Source: Planctomycetota bacterium
GTDB lineage: Bacteria; Planctomycetota; UBA8108; UBA1146
DNA length: 64,000 nucleotides
Direction of reading: 5' to 3'
Assembly: GCA_032128395.1 (NCBI GenBank)
Contig: JAQBGV010000194.1
Location: 13,120 to 77,119, forward strand
Made by a program: the position numbers and the translations under genes. Positions within the stretch are counted from its first letter, which is position 1. Every line of letters starts with the position of its first letter. Of the stretch, positions 1 to 11,021 are shown one piece after another. The notes under the pieces were generated by a model. It saw only the letters and a list, made by a program, of their open reading frames with translations. It was not told the origin of the DNA and ran no database searches.

Positions 1-645
1 GGGGAGATCCGCCGCCGTCGGGACCGGTGTCGGCTCTGCATTCGCCAGCAACCGGTCGGCGACCTCGGCCTCGCTGCGCCCACTCCACGGCGGCGCACCT
101 GCGAGACAGAGGTGCAGGATCGCCGCGAGAGAGTAGACCCCGGCCTCCTCTCCGTGCGGCCCCTCCGGTTGTTCGGGGAGCAGCAACTCCGGTGCGAGGA
201 ACGGCGCCCACTCATCGGGGGTGAGTGAGGAATCTCCTTCGAGAAGATCGACCGCACGCAGTCGGAGAGTGCCGTCGGCGTCGAGCCGGAGCCACTTCGG
301 GTGGATCCGATTCACGGTCCATCCCGCTCCCTGAAGAGATCCGAGCAGTCGAGCGAGGCGGCAGAACGATGAGACCATGGCGACGATCCCCCCGGGGCAG
401 CGACGTCGCCACCCGGGCAGCGGTGCCCCACCCCAACGCTTGAGGATCTCGTCGAGCGGCTCGCCGCCGACCTTGCGGTGATGAGGTCGATCCGAGACCG
501 ACTCGAGTGGGATCAGATCGGGGTGCAGGAACTCGTCGAGGAGTCGCCGCCTCTCGGCGGGATCCACCCCACGATCTCCGCGCCCCGACCGAGCCCGCGA
601 CGCGGAGCCCGGAAACCCGTACGTGCGCCGAATCATGGAGTGCAT
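1..645 (-). CDS. Degenerate Ser/Thr kinase-like protein (pseudokinase); 3' part runs off the window start
   Basis: Not in the ORF track. Manual translation from ATG at 645 (or 636) stays open to base 1: ...HPDLIPL...TVNRIHPKWLRLDADGTLRL...APFLAPELL...EAGVYSLAAILHLCLAGAPPWSG, which matches kinase subdomains VIII-IX. HRD and DFG are absent. Confidence 0.7.
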   Translation of the reverse strand, partial: MHSMIRRTYGFPGSASRARSGRGDRGVDPAERRRLLDEFLHPDLIPLESVSDRPHHRKVGGEPLDEILKRWGGAPLPGWRRRCPGGIVAMVSSFCRLARLLGSLQGAGWTVNRIHPKWLRLDADGTLRLRAVDLLEGDSSLTPDEWAPFLAPELLLPEQPEGPHGEEAGVYSLAAILHLCLAGAPPWSGRSEAEVADRLLANAEPTPVPTAADLP

Positions 646-778
646 TGTGGGGATGCGGAGGTGGAGGGGGAAGGAGAAGAAGGGCGAAGAGTTCAGAGTC
701 TCGGAATCGGCTCCGGACCCGAACTCGGGCCCGGAGGAATGGGAGCAGACGGGACGCCCTCGGCCCCCGAAGCTGCTC

Positions 779-2875
779 TCAAGCGCCTTCGAATCCGAGC
801 AGCCCCGGGTCCATCTCCCCTGGCTTCGGCTTCTCCTCCCCCGGGCGACGCTTCGGGGTCGGACTCTTCTCGGAGGAATCGGAGTCATCGCTCTGAGGTT
901 CACGCAGCGACTCCGGGATCGGAAGATCGAGGAGTTCGTAGATCTCGCGATCTCCGATGATCTCCTTCTCGAGCAGCTCCTCGGCGAGTTTCTCGAGCAT
1001 CGCGCGGTTCTCACCGAGAATCTCGACGGCGCGCCGCGATCCCTCGTCGATCATGCGCCGGAGCTCGTCGTCGATCAGCATCGCGGTGTGTTCGCTGAAA
1101 TGCTTCCCCTCGCCGATCTCACGCCCGAGGAAGACGTGCTCTTCGCCACGCTTGAACGATACGGGGCCGAGCTTCTCGCTCATCCCCCAGCGGCAGACCA
1201 TCCGCTCGACCAGCTGCGTCGCCTGCTCGAGATCGTTCTCCGCGCCGGTGGTCCGCTCGTCGAACACCAGCTCCTCGGCGGCACGCCCTCCGAGCAGGAT
1301 CACCACTCGGTTCAACAAGTAGGTCCGCGAGTAGTTGAAAATGTCCTCGGTCGGGAGCTGCTGCGTGACCCCGAGGGCGCGGCCGCGGGGGACGATCGTC
1401 ACCGAGTGGACCGGGTCCGCTCCCGGGAGGAGCAGCGCCAGGAGGGTGTGACCCGCTTCGTGATAGGCCGTGATCTTCCGCTCCCGGTCGCTGACGGATT
1501 CGTCGCGCAGGGTGCCGAGCAGGATCTTGTCCTTGGCCTTCTCGAAGCAGGTCATGTCGACCTTCTTCTTCAAGTCCCGCGCCGCCATCAGTGCGGCCTC
1601 GTTCGCGAGGTTCTGGAGGTCGGCCCCGGAAAAGCCGATCGTGGCCCGGGCGATCGTGTCGAGATCGACATCTTTCGCGAGGGGGATCTTGCGCGTGTGT
1701 ACCTCGAGGATCGCTTTTCGCCCCGCGCGCTGCGGCCGCTCGACCACGACTTGACGGTCGAAGCGCCCCGGCCGAACGAGGGCCGGGTCGAGAACATCGG
1801 GGCGGTTGGTCGCCGCGAGCACGATCACGGCCTGATTCGTCTCGAAGCCGTCCATCTCGGAGAGGATCTGGTTCAGGGTCTGTTCGCGTTCGTCGTGGCC
1901 TCCACCGAGCCCCGCGCCGCGCGATCGTCCGACCGCGTCGATCTCGTCGATGAAAACGATGCACGGGGAGTTTTTCTTTGCCTCGTCGAAGAGCTCGCGC
2001 ACTCGCGAAGCCCCGACCCCGACGAAGAGCTCGATGAACTCGGATCCCGAGATACTGAAGAAGGGGACCTCCGCCTCACCGGCAATCGCCCGCGCCAGGA
2101 GCGTCTTCCCCGTTCCCGGCGGACCGACGAGGAGGACCCCCTTCGGAATCTTGGCGCCGAGGGCGGCGTAGCGCTCCGGGCGCTTGAGGAAGTCGACTAC
2201 CTCGAGGAGCTCGCGCTTGACGTTCTTCAACCCCGCCACGTCCTCGAACGTGATGTGCGAGTCGGTCTTCTCGTACCGTTTCGCACGATTTCCGGAGAAC
2301 CGGCCGAAGAGCCCAGGGCCCATCTGTTTGCGGACCCGGCTGGTCAGGTACCAGAAGACTCCGATGATCAGCACGATCACCATCACCTGGACGAGCAGGA
2401 TGTCGATCAAGGACCCGCCGGCGTTCTGGTAGCCGAGATCGATCTCGCGCGACATCGCGAGCTCGTACAGCTTGTCCCCGGAAGCGGACTCCCTCGGGAT
2501 GTTCGCCTCGATCCTTCCGACCTTGCGGACCGCGGCATCGGGCTTGTTGTCGACCGGGAACTCCTCGGGAGTCTTCAGGAACGCGACGAACGTGCTGAGC
2601 TCGGACTCTTCGATCCGTCGCACGTTGTGGCGGAACTTCGGCGGGGTCTCCTGAGGGAGGATCTCTTCCCCCGCGACCACGTCGAGGAACGTGTTCACGC
2701 TGACTCTCGCGGACCCCTCGCCGAGCTGGCTGCCGAGGAAGTGGAAGGCGCTCCAGGCGAGCAGGACGAACATCACGAACCAGAACCAGGAGCGCTGGTT
2801 CCAGCGCGGGGGGGGAGGGCCCTTGGACCCGTCCGGTTGCTCCTCGGGGGGGGGAGGCTTTCGTTCTTCCATCAT
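779..2875 (-). CDS. ftsH: ATP-dependent zinc metalloprotease FtsH
   Basis: Two N-terminal TM segments, Walker A GPPGTGKT, Walker [32 protein letters not shown], zinc motif HEAGH. Confidence 0.97.
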   Translation of the reverse strand: MMEERKPPPPEEQPDGSKGPPPPRWNQRSWFWFVMFVLLAWSAFHFLGSQLGEGSARVSVNTFLDVVAGEEILPQETPPKFRHNVRRIEESELSTFVAFLKTPEEFPVDNKPDAAVRKVGRIEANIPRESASGDKLYELAMSREIDLGYQNAGGSLIDILLVQVMVIVLIIGVFWYLTSRVRKQMGPGLFGRFSGNRAKRYEKTDSHITFEDVAGLKNVKRELLEVVDFLKRPERYAALGAKIPKGVLLVGPPGTGKTLLARAIAGEAEVPFFSISGSEFIELFVGVGASRVRELFDEAKKNSPCIVFIDEIDAVGRSRGAGLGGGHDEREQTLNQILSEMDGFETNQAVIVLAATNRPDVLDPALVRPGRFDRQVVVERPQRAGRKAILEVHTRKIPLAKDVDLDTIARATIGFSGADLQNLANEAALMAARDLKKKVDMTCFEKAKDKILLGTLRDESVSDRERKITAYHEAGHTLLALLLPGADPVHSVTIVPRGRALGVTQQLPTEDIFNYSRTYLLNRVVILLGGRAAEELVFDERTTGAENDLEQATQLVERMVCRWGMSEKLGPVSFKRGEEHVFLGREIGEGKHFSEHTAMLIDDELRRMIDEGSRRAVEILGENRAMLEKLAEELLEKEIIGDREIYELLDLPIPESLREPQSDDSDSSEKSPTPKRRPGEEKPKPGEMDPGLLGFEGA

Positions 2876-3000
2876 CTCCTCGGGTGCCCCGGGATCGGGG
2901 CGGATTCCAGTGGCTCCGGGTCATCCTACCCGGATGGAGCCGGCTTTTCTCACGGCCCTTCGCGAGAGACCAGCAGACTGCGCATCGGATCGGAGCACCG

Positions 3001-5337
3001 CTAGAACCGGGCCAGATCGCGGGCTGCGGCCTCCACGGTCGCCGATTGGGGGAGGATCACCTCCTCCAGCTCCGGAGCGTAGGCGACGTGACAGTCGAGA
3101 GCGCCGACGCGGCGGACCGGCGCGTCGAGATCGTGGAAGAGCTCATCCTGGATCCGCGCTGCGATCTCAGCGCCGTACCCCCACGAGCGCATCTCCTCGT
3201 GGACGATCAGGCAGCGGTTCGTTCGCCGAACCGAATCGGCGATCGCTTCCCAGTCGTAGGGATTGAGCGTGCGGAGATCGAGGATCTCGGCCTCGATCCC
3301 TTCCTCGGCGAGGCGCTGCGCGGCCTGGAAGGACCGGTGGACGAGCGCACCGTAGGTGACGATCGTCAGGTCGTCCCCGCCCCTGACTCGCGCGGCCTGA
3401 CCGAAGGGGATCGCGTACTCGGGTCCGGGGTAGATCCCCTTGTTGTAGGTCTGACGGTAGAGGTGCTTGTGCTCGAGGAAGATCACCGGGTCGTCCCCGC
3501 GGATCGCCGTGCGCAGGAGCCCATTCGCGTCGAGCGCGTTGGAAGGGATCACGACCCTCAGCCCCGGCAGATGCGTGAACAGGGTCTCCGCGGATTGACT
3601 GTGGTAGACCGCACCACCGCGGAGATACCCCCCGCTCGCTACCCGGATCACCATCGGGCACGAGTCGGTCCCAGCGGAACGCCACCGCAGAAGTGACACC
3701 TCGGAGCGAATCTGGTGGTACGCGGGCCAGATGTAGTCCAGGAACTGAATCTCGACGACTGGCTTCAAGCCCCGGAGAGCGAGTCCGACCGCGCGTCCGA
3801 CGATGTTCGCCTCGGCGAGGGGGGAGTTGTAGACCCGATCGCCCCCGAACTCCCGCTGGAGCCCGTAGGTGACCTTGAAGACCCCCCCTTTCCCCTTCAC
3901 CTCGTCGAGTGCCGCTTCGCGGCTCGCATCGGCGACGTCCTCGCCAAAGACGAGGATGCGCTCATCGCGGCGCATCTCGTCGCGCATGCAGAAGTTGATC
4001 AGGTCGACCATCGTCGTCGGAGTGCCGCCCTCATCGAACTCCGGCTCCGTCGCGATCGACCGGTCGGTCGGATCGAATTCCCTCGAGTAGAGGTGGTCGA
4101 GCACGGTCTCCGAGGACGCCTGCGGTGTCGCCACCGCGATGTCGCTCGCGGTTCGGACCTCGTCGCGGACCTCCGCGCGGATGGCTTCGAGCTCGGCCTC
4201 GGTCGCGTGCCCCCCGGCGACGAGCCACTTCGGGAACGCGACGAGCGGATCCCGGTCCACCTCGCCGGCACGCTCCGACGGCGTGCGATAGGCGCGCTCG
4301 TCATCGGAGAGGGAGTGGGAGTAGGGGCGGACGACGTGGGCGTGCACGAGCGCGGGACCGCGCTGTCGACGCATCCGCTCGACGACATCGCGGAGCACGC
4401 GCACGCTTTCGATCAGGTCACAGCCATCGATCTCGCGAATGTCGAGGTTCGGGAATCCAGAGACGAGCTTCGAGATCGAGCCCCCCGCGGTGTTCACTTC
4501 GACCGGGACGCTGATCGCGTACCCGTTGTCCTCGACCAGGAACAGGACCGGCAGCTTCAGGTTGCACGCGCTGTTCAGCGCCTCCCAGATCTCCCCTTCA
4601 CTAGTGGTGCCATCGCCCACCGAGACGAAGCTGATCTCATCGCCGTGGAAATCGCGGATGCGCTCCACCAGGGTCGGGATCGCGTTTCCCTTCGACCACG
4701 CCTCTGCGCATCCGACCGCGTGCAGCGCCTGACTCCCGGTGCAGCTCGACTGGTTGACGACGTGGAGCCGCCCGCTGCCCCAGTGGCTCGGCATCTGTCG
4801 ACCCGCGCCCGCGGGTTCATCGTGGGCCGCGGTCGCCGACTTGAACATCTCGACCGGGGTCAGACCGAGTCCGAGGAGAAGCGCCCGGTCGCGGTAGTAC
4901 GGGAAGAACCAATCCTTCGCGGGGTCGAGGACGAATCCCGCCGCGGCGAGGACCGCTTCGTGACCACACCCGTTGATCTGGAAGAAGATCTGCCCCTTCC
5001 CCTTCAGACGGATCTCCTCGTCATCGATCTCGCGACTGAGGAACATCGTCCGGAAGAACGCGTGGAGCTCCGCACGATCGAGGCCTGCGGTGGAGTCGGG
5101 TACGGGCTTCACGGACACTCCCAACGCGGAATTTCTGTCTCTCAGCGCGGCCACTCTCGGCGTCGGGTCTTTCCGGGCGGGGCTCTTGCGGACGGGCTGC
5201 TTGCGAGTCGACGCCTTGCGGGGCGATGACTTGCGCGGAGCGGCACCCTGGCCATTCGCGCCGCGCTCCTTCGCACGTGATTCGGACTTTTTCTCCCCAT
5301 CGCCGCGGGAGGGGGGTTTTCTGCTCTGGGTGGGCAT
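3001..5337 (-). CDS. 2-oxoacid dehydrogenase E1, fused alpha+beta subunits (probably branched-chain type)
   Basis: TPP motif GDGTTSEGE...EDNGY, HSLSDD phosphorylation loop, beta-part motifs [23 protein letters not shown]. Confidence 0.92.
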   Translation of the reverse strand: MPTQSRKPPSRGDGEKKSESRAKERGANGQGAAPRKSSPRKASTRKQPVRKSPARKDPTPRVAALRDRNSALGVSVKPVPDSTAGLDRAELHAFFRTMFLSREIDDEEIRLKGKGQIFFQINGCGHEAVLAAAGFVLDPAKDWFFPYYRDRALLLGLGLTPVEMFKSATAAHDEPAGAGRQMPSHWGSGRLHVVNQSSCTGSQALHAVGCAEAWSKGNAIPTLVERIRDFHGDEISFVSVGDGTTSEGEIWEALNSACNLKLPVLFLVEDNGYAISVPVEVNTAGGSISKLVSGFPNLDIREIDGCDLIESVRVLRDVVERMRRQRGPALVHAHVVRPYSHSLSDDERAYRTPSERAGEVDRDPLVAFPKWLVAGGHATEAELEAIRAEVRDEVRTASDIAVATPQASSETVLDHLYSREFDPTDRSIATEPEFDEGGTPTTMVDLINFCMRDEMRRDERILVFGEDVADASREAALDEVKGKGGVFKVTYGLQREFGGDRVYNSPLAEANIVGRAVGLALRGLKPVVEIQFLDYIWPAYHQIRSEVSLLRWRSAGTDSCPMVIRVASGGYLRGGAVYHSQSAETLFTHLPGLRVVIPSNALDANGLLRTAIRGDDPVIFLEHKHLYRQTYNKGIYPGPEYAIPFGQAARVRGGDDLTIVTYGALVHRSFQAAQRLAEEGIEAEILDLRTLNPYDWEAIADSVRRTNRCLIVHEEMRSWGYGAEIAARIQDELFHDLDAPVRRVGALDCHVAYAPELEEVILPQSATVEAAARDLARF

Positions 5338-5525
5338 TGCATCCTACCTGGGTGGGTCGTTCGGAGTGGCATTCTAGCCCGAGAGCAGAGGCCTTTCTGC
5401 CGGAAACTCGGTGGGAATTCCTCCCCCAACCTCGAGAGGACGGCAGAACTCCGAGTTCCGTCGACGTGGCCCCGGCGCTCCCCTACACTTCGATCGCGCA
5501 CCGATGGGCCGGGAGGAGCTGCACC

Positions 5526-6944
5526 GTGGTCGAAAAGATCGGCAAGTTCGACGTCGTCGTCATCGGATCCGGTCCCGGCGGATACGTCGCCGCGATTCGG
5601 GCCGGACAGCTGGGCCTCAAGACGGCGCTCATCGAGAAGGACTCGAGGCTGGGGGGAACCTGTCTCCTCCGCGGCTGCATCCCGACGAAGGCCCTCCTCG
5701 AGACCGCCCACGTTCTCGATCTCGCCCGCGAGGCGGAGTACTTCGGCGTCCGGATCCCCGAAGTGAAGCTCGACCTCGCCGCTGCGCTCGCCTATCAGGA
5801 GGCGGTCGTCGACAAGAACGCCAAGGGGGTCGAGTTCCTCCTCAAGAAGAACAAGGTCGAACGGATCCAGGGGACCGCACGACTGGACGGCCCGACCCAG
5901 GTTCGGGTCGTGCCCGCGGACGGCCCCGAACTGGTCGTCGACGCGACGAACATCATCCTGGCGACCGGCTCGGTCCCCGCCCGACCCGGGTTTCTCGACT
6001 TCTCCGACGACCGGATCATGACCAGCGACGAGGCTCTGCACGTCGAGAAGCTGCCGAAGCACGTCACCATTCTCGGCGCTGGCGCGGTCGGCGTGGAGTT
6101 CGCATCGATCTTCAAGTCCTTCGGGTCCGAGGTGTTGATCGTCGAGATGCTCGATCGGCTGCTGCCGGTCGAGGACCAGGACTGCTCGGCGGAGCTACTG
6201 CGCGCATTCAAGAAGCGCAAGATCGAGTGCCGAGTCTCGACCAAGCTCGAAAAGGCGGACACTTCCGGCAAGCGGCTGAAGCTGCTCCTGGCGAGCGAGT
6301 CGGGAGAGACCACCGAAGTCGATACCGATATCCTGCTCTGCGCGGTCGGGCGCCGTCCGGTCACCGACGGTCTTGGGTTGGAGAAGGTGGGGATCACCCC
6401 GGACAAGCAGGGATTCGTGCCGGTCGATGGCTCCCAAGCGACCGCGCGATCGAACATCTACGCGATCGGCGACATCGTCGGCTCCACTCCGCTCCTCGCT
6501 CACGTCGCGAGCGCGGAGGGAATCTGTGCCGTCGAGAGTATCGCCGGGATGAAGCCTCCTGCGATCCGGGCAGACCGAATCCCGAGCGCGACCTACTGCC
6601 ACCCAGAGGTCGCCTCGATCGGGCTGACCGAAGAGGCTGCGCGGGCCGCCGGCCACGCGATCAAGACCTCGAAGTTTCCGCTGTCGGCCCTCGGGAAGTC
6701 GGGGATCCTCGGCAAGAAGATCTCCGGTTTCTTCAAGATCATCGCCGAGGAGAAGTACGGGGAGATCCTCGGAATCCACATCGTCGGCCCGCACGCGACC
6801 GATCTGATCTGCGAAGCTTGTGCGGTGCTCGGTCTCGAGGGCACGGCGGCGGATCTCGCACACATCGTCCACCCGCACCCGACCCTCGGGGAGGGGATGC
6901 TCGAAGCCGCGCACGGATTGCTCGGCGGCGCGATCCATATCTGA
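5526..6944 (+). CDS. lpdA: Dihydrolipoyl dehydrogenase (E3)
   Basis: GSGPGG FAD motif, GGTCLLRGCIPTK redox disulfide, HPHPTLGE C-terminal motif. GTG start at 5526 follows GGAGGAG. Confidence 0.95.
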   Translation: MVEKIGKFDVVVIGSGPGGYVAAIRAGQLGLKTALIEKDSRLGGTCLLRGCIPTKALLETAHVLDLAREAEYFGVRIPEVKLDLAAALAYQEAVVDKNAKGVEFLLKKNKVERIQGTARLDGPTQVRVVPADGPELVVDATNIILATGSVPARPGFLDFSDDRIMTSDEALHVEKLPKHVTILGAGAVGVEFASIFKSFGSEVLIVEMLDRLLPVEDQDCSAELLRAFKKRKIECRVSTKLEKADTSGKRLKLLLASESGETTEVDTDILLCAVGRRPVTDGLGLEKVGITPDKQGFVPVDGSQATARSNIYAIGDIVGSTPLLAHVASAEGICAVESIAGMKPPAIRADRIPSATYCHPEVASIGLTEEAARAAGHAIKTSKFPLSALGKSGILGKKISGFFKIIAEEKYGEILGIHIVGPHATDLICEACAVLGLEGTAADLAHIVHPHPTLGEGMLEAAHGLLGGAIHI

Positions 6945-6951
6945 AACGACC

Positions 6952-7929
6952 ATGGCCGAGACGATCACGTACCTCGAGGCGGTCCGGCGCGCCCTGATCC
7001 GCGCCCTCGAGAACGACGACCGTGTCTTCCTCCTCGGTGAGGACATCGGACCGTACGGCGGCGCGTTCAAGCTGACCGATGGACTCGCCGAGCGCTTTGG
7101 CAGTGACCGAGTGATCGACACCCCGATCGTCGAGACGGGGCTCGTCGGCGCCGCCATCGGTGCCGCGATGGCAGGGCTCCGCCCGGTGGTGGAGATGCAG
7201 TTCATCGACTTCATCTCCTGCGCCTTCAACCAGCTGACGAACTTCGCAGCGACCACCCATTTCCGCTGGGGCGCGGCGGCGCCGATCGTCGTGAGGGGAC
7301 CATCCGGAGGAGGGGTGCACGCCGGCCCGTTCCACAGTCAGATGGTCGAGAGCTTCTTCCTGAACACACCCGGCTTGAAGATCGTGATCCCCTCGACGGT
7401 CGAGGATGCCTACCGCCTGCTCCTCGGAGCGATCGAGGATCCCGATCCGGTGCTCTTCCTCGAACAGAAGCGGCTGTACCGGACTCTGAAGGGAGAATTC
7501 GACCCGGAGTGGTCGCCGCTCCCCCCCGGGTCGGCCGCGCTGCGTCGCGAGGGGGACGACGTGACGATCATCAGCTACGGCGCGATGGTCCACAGTGTCC
7601 TCACCGCCGCCGAGACCCTCGCCGCTGAAGGGATCGGTGCGAACGTTCTCGACATGCGCTCGCTCTGCCCCCTCGATCGCGAGGCGTTGCTCGGAGCGGC
7701 GAAACGAACCGGCAAGGTCCTCATCGTGCACGAGGACAACGTGACCGGCGGCGCCGGAGGCGAACTCGCAGCCTTGATCAGCGAGCACGCGTTCGAGGAC
7801 CTCGACGCACCGGTGCGGCGCCTGGGCGCACTGGATGTCCCGATCCCGTACGCGGGGCCCCTCGAGGACGCATCCCTCCCGAACCCGACCACGATCGCGA
7901 AGGCGGCTCGGGAGTTGGCACGGTGGTGA
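6952..7929 (+). CDS. 2-oxoacid dehydrogenase E1 beta subunit
   Basis: GEDIG, DTPIVE, VVEMQF, HSQ and DPVLFLE motifs. ATG at 6952. Confidence 0.93.
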   Translation: MAETITYLEAVRRALIRALENDDRVFLLGEDIGPYGGAFKLTDGLAERFGSDRVIDTPIVETGLVGAAIGAAMAGLRPVVEMQFIDFISCAFNQLTNFAATTHFRWGAAAPIVVRGPSGGGVHAGPFHSQMVESFFLNTPGLKIVIPSTVEDAYRLLLGAIEDPDPVLFLEQKRLYRTLKGEFDPEWSPLPPGSAALRREGDDVTIISYGAMVHSVLTAAETLAAEGIGANVLDMRSLCPLDREALLGAAKRTGKVLIVHEDNVTGGAGGELAALISEHAFEDLDAPVRRLGALDVPIPYAGPLEDASLPNPTTIAKAARELARW

Positions 7930-8008
7930 GGGCTGCGGGGTACCCTTTCCCGGGTCAGGGGGGTGCTGTATCCTCCTCAGTTCCGAAGAACTGAACCGAG
8001 GAGAGCCG

Positions 8009-9427
8009 ATGTCCACGGAAATAAAGATGCCCCAGATGGGCGAGTCGATCGCCGAGGGGACACTGACCCGGTGGTTCAAGAAGGCCGGCGACACGATCAA
8101 GCGTGACGAGCCGCTGTTCGAGATCTCGACCGACAAGGTCGACGCCGAGGTCCCCGCCCCCGCTGACGGCGTGCTCGAGAAGATCCTCGTCGAGGAGGGG
8201 ACCACGGTCGAGGTGAACACCGTCGTCGCGATGCTCGGTGACGGCTCGGGAACCGCGACATCCGCCGGATCCCCCGCCGAGGAATCGGCGACCCCCGCGC
8301 CGTCACCGGCGACCGAGACCGCACCCGCCACTGCTGCGGGGGGGAAATCGTCCGCTCCCCCACCGCCCGCATCCCGTGAGATCGCAGCCCTCGAAATCGC
8401 AGCCCCCGAAATCGCAGCCGTCGCGAGGACCGCGCCTCTCGCCGCGAACGACTCCGACCGATCGAAGGTCCGCAGCTCGCCGCTCGTCCGACGCATCGCG
8501 CGAGAGCATGGGATCGATGACCTTTCGGCGATCTCCGGCAGCGGCGCGGGTGGACGCGTCACGAAGCACGACATCCTCGGGTTCATCGATCGACGCAACG
8601 GGTCGGGAGGCGCTGCGGCGAAAGACGGCGCAGCGGACGGTGGCGCGACTGCGGCACCGACGACGCCTCGACCCGCAGCCCCCCCGGCGGCCCACGGCGA
8701 AGTCCTCCCGGTCCTCGGGCTCCCGCGCAACCACGTCACGGTCGAGCGGATGACGGTGATGCGCCGGAAGATCGCCGAGCACATGATCCACAGCCGGCGC
8801 ACCTCGGCGCACGTCCAATCGGTCTTCGAAGCGGACATGACCCGCGTCGTCGCGCTGCGCAATCGGAACAAGGGTGCCTTCCAGGCGAAGAACGGTGTGA
8901 AGCTGACCTTCACCCCCTTCTTCATGAAGGCGGTCATCGATGCGCTCCGGGAGTTTCCCTGGTTGAACGCGTCCCTCGACGGGGACGAGGTCGTGGTCCA
9001 CCATTCGATCCACTTCGGGATCGCGGTCGCCCTCGATGGCGGGTTGATCGTCCCGGTGATCCGGAACGCGGAGGAGCTCAACCTCACCGGCCTACAGAAG
9101 CGCGTGACCGACCTGGCGACACGGGCGCGATCGAAGCAGCTCGTGCCCGAAGAGGTCGCGGGGGGCACGTTCACGATCACCAACCCAGGCCAATACGGCG
9201 GGCTGTTCGGGATTCCGATCATCAACCAGCCCCAGGTGGCAATCCTCGGGATCGGCGGTATTCAGCGCCGCCCCGTGGTGGTCGAAGGGGACGCGATCGC
9301 GATCCGCGACATGGCGTACCTGTGCATCTCCTACGACCACCGACTGGTCGACGGGGCGATGGCGGACCAGTTCATGGCCCGCGTGAAGCAGAACCTCGAG
9401 AATTTTGATGACGCCGAGCTCCGCTGA
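8009..9427 (+). CDS. Dihydrolipoamide acyltransferase (E2)
   Basis: Lipoyl domain EISTDKVDAEV, E3-binding domain SPLVRRIAREHG...GRVTKHD, catalytic SYDHRLVDG. Confidence 0.95.
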   Translation: MSTEIKMPQMGESIAEGTLTRWFKKAGDTIKRDEPLFEISTDKVDAEVPAPADGVLEKILVEEGTTVEVNTVVAMLGDGSGTATSAGSPAEESATPAPSPATETAPATAAGGKSSAPPPPASREIAALEIAAPEIAAVARTAPLAANDSDRSKVRSSPLVRRIAREHGIDDLSAISGSGAGGRVTKHDILGFIDRRNGSGGAAAKDGAADGGATAAPTTPRPAAPPAAHGEVLPVLGLPRNHVTVERMTVMRRKIAEHMIHSRRTSAHVQSVFEADMTRVVALRNRNKGAFQAKNGVKLTFTPFFMKAVIDALREFPWLNASLDGDEVVVHHSIHFGIAVALDGGLIVPVIRNAEELNLTGLQKRVTDLATRARSKQLVPEEVAGGTFTITNPGQYGGLFGIPIINQPQVAILGIGGIQRRPVVVEGDAIAIRDMAYLCISYDHRLVDGAMADQFMARVKQNLENFDDAELR

Positions 9428-10079
9428 GATTCGCTCCCGTGCCCAGGTCCAGGTGCTCTGCGAAGGGCGCGTCTCGTTCGCGGAGGCGCACGCGCGGATG
9501 CTCGAGGATCAGCGTGCTCGGGCGGATGGGCAGGAGCGCGGACTGCTGAGGCTCTTCTCGCCGAGCCCGGTGGTGACGATCGGCAGCGGCGCCGATGACA
9601 CTTCCCTCCTCGCCTCCCGATCGGACTTCGCCCGCTCGGGCATCTCGGTCGAGACCGTCGATCGCGGCGGGGAAGCGACGTACCACGGACCCGGTCAGCG
9701 GGTCGGGTACCTGACTATGTTTCTCGAGGAGCGCGAACGCGATCTCCATGCGCTCCTCCGAGAGATCGAGGGAGCGCTCATCGAGTCCCTGCTCGCCTTC
9801 GGCATCACGGGTCGCCGGGTCGAAGGGCGCACCGGGGTCTGGGTCGAAGACCGAAAGATCGCCTCGATCGGACTCTCGGTCAGGCGCTGGGTGACCGGAC
9901 ACGGTTTCGCGCTCTGCGTCGCAGGGGACCTCGAACCCTTTGCGATGATCGTCCCGTGCGGAATCGCCGACTGCCGCATCACATCGATCGAGGCCGAAAC
10001 CGGTCGGGCTCCGAGCACGGGCGAAGTCGACGCGGCTCTCTCGCGGAGTTTCTCTGCGCGATGGGGCGGGCTCTCGTGA
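9408..10079 (+). CDS. lipB: Octanoyltransferase LipB
   Basis: DRGGEATYHGPGQ, KIASIG, HGFAL and IVPCG motifs. Confidence 0.93.
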   Translation: MTPSSAEIRSRAQVQVLCEGRVSFAEAHARMLEDQRARADGQERGLLRLFSPSPVVTIGSGADDTSLLASRSDFARSGISVETVDRGGEATYHGPGQRVGYLTMFLEERERDLHALLREIEGALIESLLAFGITGRRVEGRTGVWVEDRKIASIGLSVRRWVTGHGFALCVAGDLEPFAMIVPCGIADCRITSIEAETGRAPSTGEVDAALSRSFSARWGGLS

Positions 10080-10966
10080 ACCGTCCCGCCACGCCGAAGT
10101 CTCACACTCCGCCCCCTCGTCGAGCGCCACTCCCCCGCCCTCCCTGGCTGAAAGTCCGCATCCCGTCGGGGGAACCTCTCGAGAAAGTGAACCGACTGAT
10201 GGAACGGGGGGCGCTCCACACCGTCTGCCAGGAGGCGCACTGCCCGAACATCTACGAGTGCTACGCGATGGGGACGGCGACCTTCCTGATCCTCGGCGAG
10301 GTCTGCACGCGGAAGTGCGGCTTCTGCGCCGTCTCGAAGGGGATCCCCTCGCCGGTCGACGCGGATGAACCGCGTGAGCTCGCGGCCGCGGCGCGCGAGA
10401 TGGGGCTCTCCCACGTCGTGATCACTTCGGTCGACCGGGACGACCTCCCCGATGGCGGCGCGGAACAGTTCGCGGCGGTATTGCGAGAGCTTCGACGCGC
10501 ACTCCCCGCCGCGACCCACGAAGTGCTGGTCCCCGACTTCCGCCCCGACCCCATCGGCGCGCTCGAGACGGTCCTCGCCGAGAGACCGACGATCTTCGCG
10601 CACAACGTCGAGACGGTGCGGCGGCTCTATCCCGCCGCACGACCCGGGTCGGTCTACGAGGACTCCCTCGCCCTGCTCTCCGCGGCCGCCAAACGGATCG
10701 GAGGCAGCCGAGTGAAATGCAGCCTGATCCTGGGGCTCGGCGAGAGGGACGATGAACTCCGCGAGGCGATCCGAGATGTCCACGCCGCCGGGGCTCGCCG
10801 CCTGAACCTCGGGCAGTATCTCGCTCCGTCTCCTCGTCACATCCCGGTGAAGCGCTATCTCTCGCCGGAGGAGTTCCAGGAGCTCGGGGAGTACGCCCGG
10901 AGCGTCGGATTCGAGAAGGTCGAGTCCGGGCCGCTGGTGCGGTCTTCGTACCACGCGAGCGTCTGA
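10076..10966 (+). CDS. lipA: Lipoyl synthase
   Basis: CQEAHCPNIYEC auxiliary cluster motif, CTRKCGFC radical SAM motif, RSSY. GTGA overlap with lipB. Confidence 0.96.
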   Translation: MNRPATPKSHTPPPRRAPLPRPPWLKVRIPSGEPLEKVNRLMERGALHTVCQEAHCPNIYECYAMGTATFLILGEVCTRKCGFCAVSKGIPSPVDADEPRELAAAAREMGLSHVVITSVDRDDLPDGGAEQFAAVLRELRRALPAATHEVLVPDFRPDPIGALETVLAERPTIFAHNVETVRRLYPAARPGSVYEDSLALLSAAAKRIGGSRVKCSLILGLGERDDELREAIRDVHAAGARRLNLGQYLAPSPRHIPVKRYLSPEEFQELGEYARSVGFEKVESGPLVRSSYHASV

Positions 10967-11021
10967 GCCCCCTTCCCGATCGAGCCCCGCGAAGACCTTT
11001 CGGTGAACTCTATCCGAGGGC

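Noticed and set aside
2809-2856. Long G runs in the ftsH 5' region as phase-variation tracts
   Set aside because: They encode poly-Pro in frame and the ORF is intact.
623-3004. Long antisense and alternate-frame ORFs (e.g. 623..3004 +, 44554..47526 +, 6739..9225 -, 13211..15037 +)
   Set aside because: Shadow ORFs of real genes in high-GC DNA, with no family motifs.
8378-8422. 15-bp x3 repeat (EIAAL/EIAAP/EIAAV) in E2
   Set aside because: In-frame expansion within the flexible Ala/Pro linker, which is ordinary for E2 proteins.
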